From Macrostomum lignano (taxonomy: Eukaryota), in contig NIVC01002255.1 of NCBI GenBank assembly GCA_002269645.1, positions 125,510 through 189,509 of the forward strand: DNA of 64,000 nt, written 5' to 3'. A model generated the notes under the pieces. The model was not told where the DNA came from. It did no database searches and worked only from the letters and a program-made list of their open reading frames with translations. The position numbers were made by a program, and so were the translations under genes. Position 1 is the first letter of the stretch; the number at the start of each line of letters is the position of its first letter. Shown piece after piece: positions 1 to 10,263 of this stretch.

Positions 1-338
1 CATTATCATCTCGAACATCCTCTCTCAACTCCATCACCATCTCGAACATCCTCTCTCAACTCCATTATCATCTCGAACATCCTCTCTCAACTCAATCACC
101 ATCTCGAACATCCTCTCTCAACTCCATCACCATCTCGAACATCCTCTCTCAACTCAATCACCATCTCGAACATCCTCTCTCAACTCCATCATCATCTCGA
201 ACATCCTCTCTCAACTCAATCACCATCTCGAACATCCTCTCTCAACTCAATCACCATCTCGAACATCCTCTCTCAACTCCATCATCATCTCGAACATCCT
301 CTCTCAACTCCATCATCATCTCGAACATCCTCTCTCAA
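1..338. repeat. 31-bp tandem minisatellite (~11 copies, truncated by window start)
   Basis: Unit CATCACCATCTCGAACATCCTCTCTCAACTC repeated head to tail with minor variants. Confidence 0.95.
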
Positions 339-344
339 CAAACC

Positions 345-558
345 TCCACCCCCGTCGGACAAGGCGACAGCGAATGTATAGAAAAGAGTTAAGCAGATCA
401 GTGTATTCGTCAGCTGATGGATGGCAGTCAAATTCAATGGGAGAGTTTGCAGCAATGGAGTTCACAGGGTGGATATCAACATATGAGGACTTATCAATAG
501 CAGTCTGTAATTCGGAGGTTTAAACTAATCGAGTCGAAGGTTGTATCCGTAAGCCATG
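345..558 (-). pseudogene. Polinton/Maverick major capsid protein (PY/hexon-like) N-terminal fragment, disrupted
   Basis: Not in the ORF track. Manual minus-strand translation gives LD*FKPP, a frameshift, then QTAIDKSSYVDIHPVNSIAANSPIEFDCHPSADEYTDLLNSFLYIRCRL. This matches the recalled Polinton MCP N-terminal pattern (LDLF..PP.QT.I....V...P......PIEF......Y.DL..S.LY.K..I). It runs into the 31-bp repeat. Confidence 0.75.
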
Positions 559-559
559 T

Positions 560-934
560 TCAAGATAGGGAATCCAAAACACGTTTCACTTTTTTTCTGC
601 TTGCTTTTTGTTTTCCCTTAGCTAACTTCTCACTTTTTGTTTTGGTTAGCCTTTTCTTAAGTTTCTTTCGGCTACCCGCATCAGTTTGCTTTTTTGATGT
701 TCTCTTTCTACCACTTCGCCCAACTATCTTCCGTGTCTTATTCTTTTTACTACGATTTTTCGGTGCTTGTTTTTTTCTGCTGCTTGATTGAGCTGACTTG
801 GCTGTTAAAATTGACGATGGTGTAGTTGACGGCGGGGGCTGGTATGTTGCAATTCCTGGGAGACTCTCGCACCCATGCAGTGCGGGCTTTTCGCTGGCCC
901 CTGAATACTGTCGAATCAGCTGTTGATAGTTCAT
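560..934 (-). CDS. Small Lys/Arg-rich basic protein between penton and MCP; putative Polinton core/DNA-condensing protein
   Basis: ORF MNYQQLIRQYSG... has a very basic C-terminal half (RKKQAPKNRSKKNKTRK...). Its ATG overlaps the penton stop (ATGA) and its stop abuts the MCP remnant. Confidence 0.5.
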   Translation of the reverse strand: MNYQQLIRQYSGASEKPALHGCESLPGIATYQPPPSTTPSSILTAKSAQSSSRKKQAPKNRSKKNKTRKIVGRSGRKRTSKKQTDAGSRKKLKKRLTKTKSEKLAKGKQKASRKKVKRVLDSLS

Positions 935-1678
935 TGAAGGCATTTCTCTCGAATCTGGATGGTAAGCAAAACAGGACTGCAACACTGCGAGGTCAGTGGA
1001 CAGCCAAATATATCAAGAAGCTGAATACGAATGTTGTGTAAGATATAATCATTTTCTTAAACACTTTGCTCACGTAGCTACCCCATTGGATTTCAGAACC
1101 CATCCCAACAGTCCGCAGCAGAGAGTTCCTGTTGCAGTTACTTGGCTCGATAATGCTGCAGTGAATGTTAATTAGATCCGTGGATGAGCAGCCAATGCAT
1201 TGGCTTGACTCATGGCGTCCGGGTTGGATTTTCACGGGCTGGTTCTCAAAGCCCAACCAGTGAAGAATTTTACTAGCTGGAATAAAAATCTCCGTTCTGG
1301 CTGTGTTGTTGTGTACGACTGTCCTCTCATTGATAATTTCAAATTTTATGCCGAAATCTTTATTGCTGCGTCCCATCAGACCGGACTCATCAGCCTCCAT
1401 ATTTCGGTATCCCTGTCACTCATCGCATCAAAGAACAGCGAATCAGAGTTGGCCAGCAGCTCATTCATGCGCTCCACCAGTTCCTCCACTCTAGCAAAGC
1501 GTCCGGGTTGAAGAACCAGGGCCTCATGCTCTCTTCCATCTGAGACAGTGAAGCAGTAAGGCTCGTCAACATTGAACCATGCAGCAGGCAGATGGATTTC
1601 AGCCAGACCTGCCTCATAGTCCACATTTCGATCCAAGTAAATAGGTGAAGGCAGGTGAAGATTAAAGTCATTCGGCAA
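931..1678 (-). pseudogene. Polinton/Maverick minor capsid protein (penton/PZ-like), frameshifted and 5'-truncated
   Basis: FNLHLPSPIYLDRNVDYEAGLAEIHLPAAWFNV matches F...LP..I.L...WEVGL.EI..P..W.N. It is followed by INIHCSIIEP...LLRTV and, after a frameshift, IRIQLLDIFGCP...VLLTIQIR, the typical penton C-terminal strands. Split over ORFs 1376-1678 and 993-1400 plus a third frame. Confidence 0.75.
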
Positions 1679-2230
1679 ATGCCCGGCTTACGGCAAAAGC
1701 TGCTCAAAATGCGGAAAGCGCAATCATTTTGCCTCAGTTTGCCGCTCGGCTGGGCTGAAACCAGTGCATCACTCGGATGTCCGACCTGATGAGGCCTGTG
1801 ATGACAATAAATCTGAAGTTCTTCACCTTACGGACACGAACAGCGTTCACGCTATAGCTGAAGCATCTGAGGATGCATCGTAGTCAATGGTACTAAAGTG
1901 CCCATGCAGCTCGACACTGGGGCTTCCGTCTCGGTGCTTTCAAGCAAAATCTGGAAGTCTCTCGATTGTCCTATTCTTACTGCATGTCATCGCAAGCTCG
2001 AGGCCTATGAGGGACACACAATGAAAACGCTCGGGAAGCTTTCCGCGACCGTCGAAATGAGAGGCCGGCTGCAACCTGCGGAGGTTATTGTCGTTTCATC
2101 TGAGAAGCCTTTTGGTCTCTTAGGACGAGACCTGCTTGATGCAGACGCAGCTTTTCATGCAACTTCGAAATCGTCTTTGCCTTCGGTGGCAAAGACGATT
2201 CGAGAATGTACGAGATGTCGTTTGAGCTGC
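1677..2230 (+). mobile_element. Ty3/Gypsy LTR retrotransposon remnant (gag zinc knuckle, aspartic protease, internally deleted)
   Basis: CPAYGKSCSKCGKRNHFASVC (CX2CX4HX4C) at ~1680-1745; in-frame stop at ~1882; protease motif MQLDTGASVSVL; ends with AKTIRECTRCR, resembling the CxxC half of an integrase zinc finger. Confidence 0.85.
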
Positions 2231-2591
2231 TTCAGTTTCTCCCATTGGTAGAGATTCAAATTGAAGCCAGGGATGCCGGGCTTCAAGCCTCCTTCAGTTG
2301 GACAAAAAAACGCCGAATAGCGAAGAAGCGATGCCTTAAGAGTTATTTAGATATTGATCAGAATAGCTGAAGTCGTTTAGCTAAGCATCAGAGAAACTGC
2401 CCCCCTTATATATTATCGGAGAGGAGTGGCGTAGGTGTTTGATATAGCTGCTTGTTGGAACTATGGTATTAGATTAATGTAGAACCCTGATCAGTTTATT
2501 CTTTTCAATGCTAACACGTAAGTTAAAGCAGTTATCCTGATACTCTGTTTAATTGTCACACTCTTTGTTTCATTATCTTATTAAAGGTAAT

Positions 2592-3078
2592 GCATTCATT
2601 ATCTAACGATTTTGTCTCATATCATAGTCCAAATTTAAGAATTCATTATCTAACGATTTTGTCTCATATCATAGTCCAAATTTAAGCATTCATTATCTAA
2701 CGATTTTGTCTCATATCATAGTCCAAATTTAAGCATTCATTATCTAACGATTTTGTCTCATATCATAGTCCAAATTTAAGAATTCATTATCAAACGATTT
2801 TGTCTCATATCATAGTCCAAATTTAAGAATTCATTATCTAACGATTTTGTCTCATATCATAGTCCAAATTTAAGAATTCATTATTAAACGATTTTGTCTC
2901 ATATCATAGTCCAAATTTAAGCATTCATTATCAAACGATTTTGTCTCATATCATAGTCTAAATTTAAGCATTAATTATCTAACGATTTTGTCTCATATCA
3001 TAGTCCAAATTTAAGAATTCATTATCTAACGATTTTGTCTCATATCATAGTCCAAATTTAAGAATTCACTATCAAACG
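2592..3078. repeat. 47-bp AT-rich tandem repeat (~10 copies)
   Basis: Unit G(C/A)ATTCATTATCTAACGATTTTGTCTCATATCATAGTCCAAATTTAA; period 2592 to 2639. Confidence 0.95.
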
Positions 3079-3683
3079 TTTGATAATGACAGATTAATTA
3101 TTCAACACACTTTTACTGCGAAATCATGTGACAATAATATTATGTATACGGTTTCATAGGTAGATAATGATCAAAGTCACTCGTAGCTCGCCACTCGTGA
3201 CAATTGATCATTATCTCTGAAACCGTGTATATAACTAACCATTATGATAATCTTTATCAATCAAAACAAAGCACACACATGGTAAACAGTTAACCACCAA
3301 CAAACTAGCAAATTCGGCAGGGTGCTGCTAATCTTCAACCTGACCAACACACTCGCACAGTACATTGCGCGCTGGGCCTCTCCAATTTCTCCAGTTCAAC
3401 CGACCCCACGCTCTGCCTTGCATGCATCCCTACCCCGATCGCCCCGTACGCTCGCTCTCCTATCTCCGCACTGTTCGGCAGTGTTCTGATAACCAATACT
3501 AATGGCGCTTTTCAAAAAAATATGCATCGCTTAAGCAATGAAATATTTCGTTGTGATATTGAAAAAATCTATAAGTGTAAAGTCGTTACAAATTTGTGAT
3601 ATATAAGGGTGATAAATAAATTGGCTAAATTGTTTAAAACAGACGAAGTACCACAGCACGAAATTAGCGGCATTGCAAAGAAA

Positions 3684-6055
3684 ATGTTAGCTCGACTGTT
3701 TCTAATTATTGTGGCTGCAACAGCGCTGACGCTGGCCAGCCAGGGAATGCCTCGCTTTGACTACTCAACGTCAAGAAAGATCATGCTGACCTGGGATGAC
3801 CGCTGGGAGGTGGGCGGTTCTAACATGCTCGCCATCCTTAGCAAAGACAAGAAGATCATCATTCGAGTGAAGGTTTCCGGTGACACTGGTGGCGGTATGA
3901 AGCGAATGCTCTTCTACAAGTGTCCAAAAAACACTGCAGAAGAAAGCATCGATCTCAGCTCACTGGCCACCACATCGACCACAGACAGGTGCTCGAGCAC
4001 CATCTCCTTCCAGGTGTCGGCACTAAAATCGGTAGACGACACGGACTTCCAGCTTGCGATGGGGTCTTCAAAGCTGAGCTACACAGAGGTGTTCCGAGAG
4101 CGCATCGAGTTCTTTATAAAAATTGAATATGCGACTGGAGAATTAGTGTCCAACCGGCTGTTTGTCTGGAGTTTGGACGCAATCAGCAGCTTCAGCTCGG
4201 CATCAACGAGCACCTCTTACAAAAAGAGGTTCCTAACCGATGCAGCCGTGAATTACATGAAAAAAACGTCCACGGCTACCTCTGGATTCGACAGTATACA
4301 GTTTCTAGAGCCGGCAATCAGCCGAGTTCTCAAGGAGGCTCCCGACTTTTTCAAGGCAAAGATGAACCTCGGCTCAATTCTGTACTTTGATGCTGGCTCC
4401 TGCTTGACATTCCAAATGGGAAAGTCCATCATGTTTGTGAACTATAATTCCAAGCTCGATGACGATAACCAGAACTTCCAGAAGCTCATGAAACTAAACA
4501 TTGATGATGGAAAGCTGTGGTACTCTGCTTGCGGACTCAGAAATGAAGTCAAACGATTTTATGATGAGAAAAAGCCTGCAACATCTATTGGAATCTGTTC
4601 GATTGTGTCGTTCTCTGGTGAAGTTGAACCGTACCAAAACACTGAAGCTGTGGAACAGCGAGTTCCAATTAGCGTACCTCCTACTCCACCTGTGTCTCGT
4701 CTGACAAGACCTGCGAAGTGGTCCCTGGCATCAGTCCGAACGTGACTATCTTGTCTGGCATGGATTTTACAGCCATCGTGTGCCCGATCATCTGCAACGA
4801 TAAAACGGAGGTGTTTCGCTTCTACCGCAACGACGTTCAGATGGTCGGGTCTGGAGATGAATGGACCTACGTGGACGGCTTACGAATTTCTAGGACAGGG
4901 AACATTGTCGAGTTTCCGCACACACTGAGTAACCGTCACTCAGGTGTCTACAGGTGCGAAGCCGGGTCAAAGAGCTTCAGCTTCAAAGTGAAGGTAATTT
5001 CTCTTCCGCAGTTCCAGACTGAGACCTTCGTCTCCGACAGTCACGCCAAGATTACAGGTCTGTTGCCACCAAAAGTGTACGCCATCGAGGACGAGTACGT
5101 TTCCTACAGCTGCATCGTAAACTTTGCCAGTCTGGAAACCGTCAAGATCGAGCCAGTGTTCTATTTTGTAGAGACGGTCGGAGGGTCCCAATCTTGGACA
5201 AAGATGACCCTTGACGAGTTCCGATCCAAGGTCAACACAGATGGTTCCAACTTCTTCCTGAACGCGACTTCGGCAGGAAAAGACTCAAAGCGCTTGACTG
5301 CTACGGTTCGCCGTGTTCCGCCAGTGTACACAACGTACGGCACAAACTTCTCTCACAGATTTGTGTGCGACGTGTCCATCGATCGCTCCGAGTCTATGAT
5401 GGTCGGAATGCCGACCTACAAAGTTCAGAGCGGCGGTGACGTCGTGTTCATTCCGAGACTCACTCGCAAACAGTTCGTGCTCAACCCGAACAACAACTGC
5501 TCAGTGCAGGGCTGCGGATTCAGCAAGGGTGCGTTTTTCGAGTTCAGTCTCACGGACGAGTTCATGGCCTACCTGACGAGAGTCGGAGTGGATGTCGAAT
5601 CCTACCTTCGACTGGACAATGACCTGCTCGACAATGTCAAGATTCTGTTCAACAACGCGTCGGAGATCTCGACGACGAATGCGCCGCAGCGACTCGCTTA
5701 CAAAATCTACCCCGTGAGCAGCCCGGATGTGGCGAAGGAGCTCGTGAAGAGGAAGCGACTCATTCCGGTGTACAACTTCCGCTATCGGACTGGCTCGAAC
5801 ATCGCCAACCTGAAGCTGGACAAGGAGCGTCACGGAGAACCGATCGCCGCGCTGGGTCAGTCGGACTGTCGGCAGGACAGCCTGTGCTTCTACTCGACCG
5901 ACTTCGACATCGGATCATCCTTGTCGTTCCTTCCAGTGTCGCTCACATTCACAATGCCGGAAGCCGCGTCTTCGTTGAAATCCGCTGCCAGCGAGGTTGC
6001 CGTATTCGCTATGGCCATGTTTGCCTTTCTCTCTGAGAAAGTCTGCAACTCTTAA
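3684..6055 (+). CDS. Intronless Ig-domain cell-surface protein, copy A (GPI-like or short hydrophobic C-terminus), one 1-bp frameshift at ~4672
   Basis: Signal peptide MLARLFLIIVAATALTLA. Ig I-set motif (C...SGVYRCEA) and a second Ig-like domain (SYSC...FVCDV). ORFs 3609-4745 and 4718-6055 join if one A is restored (AGCGTACC here vs AGCGATACC in copy B). C-terminus AASSLKSAASEVAVFAMAMFAFLSEKVCNS. Confidence 0.8.
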
Positions 6056-7030
6056 AGAAACTCTGACAAAGCAGTAAAACTCTATAATTTTGTTTATACG
6101 ACCTATCATGACGGGTTGAAATCTTTTATTGCACTTTGTCCAGTAATCAAATCAAAATTTCTTTTGACGATTTTCTAAAATTGTATCTAATGTACAACTC
6201 GATTTGCAGAACTATATGGTGAAATATTCTTTCAGATTTTATTATATAGCTTTTCAATACAAGTTGATTACTCGTTTGAGTACCGAAGCTGTGTCGTAGC
6301 GATCGTGTGTTTAATTGGATTTGATAAATTTTAAACAATGTTTTATATTAAACTTATTCACGTATGCAAAATTCTGACGCATAATAGCTAATCCCCTGCA
6401 TTAAAAAATCGTTTTTATTCAATCTCTTTAACGACATGTGTGATTAAATTTAAAAGAACAACTTTTTAAACGGAAATATACTCTGATATTTTTACTGTTA
6501 GTAGTGCAAAAATTAGTTTAGCACTGTTTCTTACTGTTTCAACTCATATATAGCTAGCCAATTAGTTAATGACGCAAGTTTTGCGTCTCTAAATTATCGC
6601 TATTGGTTCTTTGGCTCTTAAATAAAGAGTTAAGAGCGGCTACTCTCGTAATTAAAATTGAAATGATTACATATGGCTATAGCTTAGACTTTATTACATT
6701 TTAAAGAGTTTAAAATGTAATAATATTCTCTATTTTCAGTTTAAAGTGTACACTAAAGCGACCTATTTCTCCGATTTAACAACTGTACTGCATATGGAAA
6801 ATTGGCTCTATTGAATTTAAAACAACACACGAAGAAAACAACATGCAACATTTTGCGCACGAATTGCGGGTCTCCGCGCGAGCAACCGGAACTCTTAGAA
6901 TAAAGATTGTCGAGAGTTGATTCTGCGAATTTATCTGCTCGTGTTTTTTTTGAAGCTTGTACAGTATCGACAACCTCTCCCCAGGCGTTGGCTCACCTGG
7001 CACAGAGGATGTGATACGATTGGTAATTCC

Positions 7031-7300
7031 GGTGCTGGCGCCCCTGGTGCTGGCGCCCCTGGTGCTGGCGCCCCTGGTGCTGGCGCCCCTGGTGCTGGCG
7101 CCCCTGGTGCTGGCGCCCCTGGTGCTGGCGCCCCTGGTGCTGGCGCCCCTGGTGCTGGCGCCCCTGGTGCTGGCGCCCCTGGTGCTGGCGCCCCTGGTGC
7201 TGGCGCCCCTGGTGCTGGCGCCCCTGGTGCTGGCGCCCCTGGTGCTGGCGCCCCTGGTGCTGGCGCCCCTGGTGCTGGCGCCCCTGGTGCTGGCGCCCCA
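7031..7300. repeat. 15-bp GC-rich minisatellite (GGTGCTGGCGCCCCT) x18
   Basis: Perfect tandem copies; these produce the GAGAP/LAPLV/QGRQH repeat ORFs. Confidence 0.97.
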
Positions 7301-10263
7301 GGTTAGGGATCAATGAATTAACTAATCAATTATCAAATTAATCAAGTTAGCAGCTATAGTCAAATGAAATGGTGTCAATTTGTCTCCGCCACTGCACGCT
7401 GTGGAGAGTGGCTAATAATGTACATGTATGTGTCGCATTTCATTTGTGGCCATTAAGGGCAGCTGTGGATGTAAGGGCACCGTGGGATTAAGGATATGAT
7501 GGGCATAGAGGCACAGGCAGAATTTTCGCCCCAATATTTAGGCCGATCGAGTTTAGTCATCTTTTATAATGGCAGACTATATACCATGTGTAGCTAGAGA
7601 CAATATGCAGACATCTAGCTGTTTGCCTAGAACTGCACAAAAACAGTCTCGCGTCGAGGGTTTGTAGTTAAAACTCGTTGCTTGCACAGTGGCACGCTGT
7701 TCACAGTTTTCTTCTATTGTGCTGCTGCTTTATGTAAGGTATAATAGTCGTACAGCAAGGCATGGGTAGGAGAGAGTATAGCCAAGTCTGGTTGACCAAA
7801 CGAGCAATTGTCTTGCTTATATAATTAAGTACGCACAACATGCAAGCAAAGGCAATCGTCAGAAGCAGAAGCGCGGCGATGGAGATGCGAATTCTATGCT
7901 TTCGTGCGAACTCTGCTGCTGCATGGGGTGAAAGCCGGGGGAAGGTCTGAAGTAAATACAGTAGTGACTCAGCACCCAAAGACACCACCTACCTAATCAG
8001 GGACGCCAACAGTTAGACATCTGGCAGCTCTTATTGGGGCTATGCAGCTAGCTTCACCCTACCTAAATATAGGCATCCGTACAATGTCTTTAGTTATATT
8101 TGATGAAATATTTTGCACATGATAAAAAACGAAGCTAAAAAAGTGTTAGTGAACTCGAAGAAGAACTTGCAAATTCTTCCAATGTGCTCTCAACGCAAGT
8201 GAAGAGAAGCAGCGTTTCACAAGCTCGAAACATCACAAGATCAAAGTCTCTTTCCAGCTGCCTTTCTGGCATTGAGATGAGGAGAATTGCCCCCCCCCCC
8301 ACTTCAAATATGCTTAATCGCAATCAGGCACTGGCACTCCTCTATGGGTCTAGGGGAAGTCATGCAGTGTGGTCAAAGAGCCACGGAAACGAACTTAGCT
8401 CTACAAAATCCAGACATTGGCGCTAAATTGGCGCTACAATTTAGTTTCTGGCGCTAAAATATAACTTATAAAAAACGGCATTTAAAAAAATTGGTAGCAA
8501 AACAGCGAAATTAATCAAAGCTTCACTTGGGCATGGTTTGCATGGTTTGAAATTCGTCAAACCAGATTCTCTCTCTGAGACACACTCAGACTGCACACAC
8601 TCAGAGTCTCAGACTATAGGCAGTAAATTTTGCTGCAGAATTTTTAGCCTTTCTTTACTTCTCTTATTCTTCTTCTCTCTTGTCTCGAGACTGGGGCGCA
8701 CAATACCCTGTAAGCTCTGGCTTAGCTAGCCAAAGAGACCCGCCCGCATGCAGGCAATGGCTCAGCGCTAAGCCTCACAAGCTAAAAAACCCCCGAACCA
8801 CTGAGACATACAATATGAGAGTTCGGTATTTGTCAGCAACTGCCATGAATGGAGAAGGCCACGATGGCGCAGCTACGGCTCGTAAAGCGCGTGAAGGAGT
8901 CAGGAAAATAGAAAAAAAGGCATTTTTAGATGTCAAAGCTTTAGGGGCCGTTTGGAGACTGCAGTTGGAGACCAAAAAACTGCGCAAGAGATAGCTAGCT
9001 AGTCGCATTTTCAGACCACTTTGGCTGCTTTTGCTTCTAAAAGAGAATTTTCTGGCTTGCAATAGCAATAATTGCTTTCTAAGAATCTCTGAAGTGAATC
9101 GACTCAATCTAAATTCAAATAAAATTAGAACACATACTCAAAGATTTTATTCCGTAAGCAGAAAATATCCATTCCAACATTCATTATGCAATAATAAATG
9201 TGATGGAATGACAGCTTAATTTAGACATTATAAGTATTTGCAACCAGGTGATCAAAGAGTTACAAAAGAATTATAAAACCTTACGCAGCTATAAACTTTA
9301 GTGGCACAAAAACAGGGGACAAAGGTTTGCAAAGAAATTGGTGCTTATAATTTTCAGGCACAGCAATCACTCATAGGTTCCTACAGTAAAGCACGTGGGC
9401 ATTTATGCAAGCAAAATAAGGCCGAATATTGTAGCTGGCTGCATATTACCTAACAAATGCGCAGTTAGACGCAAATTAAAATTAGATTGAGAGAGAAAGG
9501 GTATGCTCCAAACGTAAGCATATTTCGAACTAAGGCCCTATATTTAATGGCTGATTTCTTGAGTCTATAATTTCATGATATAGACATTTTTCACCTAATC
9601 ATTTGTTATTGAGCTAGCATTACATTAAAATAAAAATATTGCTTTACGCAATAACACAGCAGGCGGGGAGTTTGTAGCAGTACATGTATTAATGACACGA
9701 AACAAACTAAAAACAATAATAATCGCTTCTAAGCGTAAAGAACCTCCGATATGATAAGCTGTTTATAAGTCTAAAAGCATATCAAAAACAAGCAAAACCG
9801 TGAACAGCACACAACTTTACGAGCTAATGCGTGTACCGTAAGCTTATTGATCAGATAAATGTACATGCAAGTTGAAAATGAGAGAACGCGGACGATGTCG
9901 CGGATGCTTTTTCCGTCTGCATGTAAGTTCCATCGAATAAAAAGGCACTAAACAGATTTCATTAAAACTACCTAGCTCAGAAACTATATGTAAAGAAGTA
10001 GTTAAAATATACGTTGTACACAACACAAGTTTAAAAAATATATGCGCATTTAAACTGACGCCTCGTTGCCGCCGGCAGCTTCGAATACTTCCTTTTTGCG
10101 CGGATCGTTCTGGTAGCCGCCAATAAACGAGCCCTGTTCACCGAATTCTTCTGCAAAATTTCGGATCAAATTAGTCTAGATTAATCTACGAGCGCATAGA
10201 AAGTGAATTGGTGCAATCGTGGTGGGGTTGGAAGGCATGTGACTAATACTACACTCAAGAAAA

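Noticed and set aside
1-338. Possible CRISPR-like array (also the 42-, 47- and 151-bp repeats)
   Set aside because: Units are contiguous with no unique spacers, there are no cas genes, and the context is eukaryotic.
6917-7316. GAGAP/LAPLV/QGRQH repeat ORFs as elastin- or silk-like proteins
   Set aside because: They are open in several frames on both strands only because the 15-bp unit lacks stops; no credible start, signal peptide or splice context.
7701-7988. 95-aa hydrophobic ORF
   Set aside because: One hydrophobic stretch only; no recognisable domain or supporting splice structure.
8775-9110. Possible hAT transposase remnant (HDGAA...GV..I...RLQL)
   Set aside because: Similarity is too weak to call by eye, and no TIRs were found.
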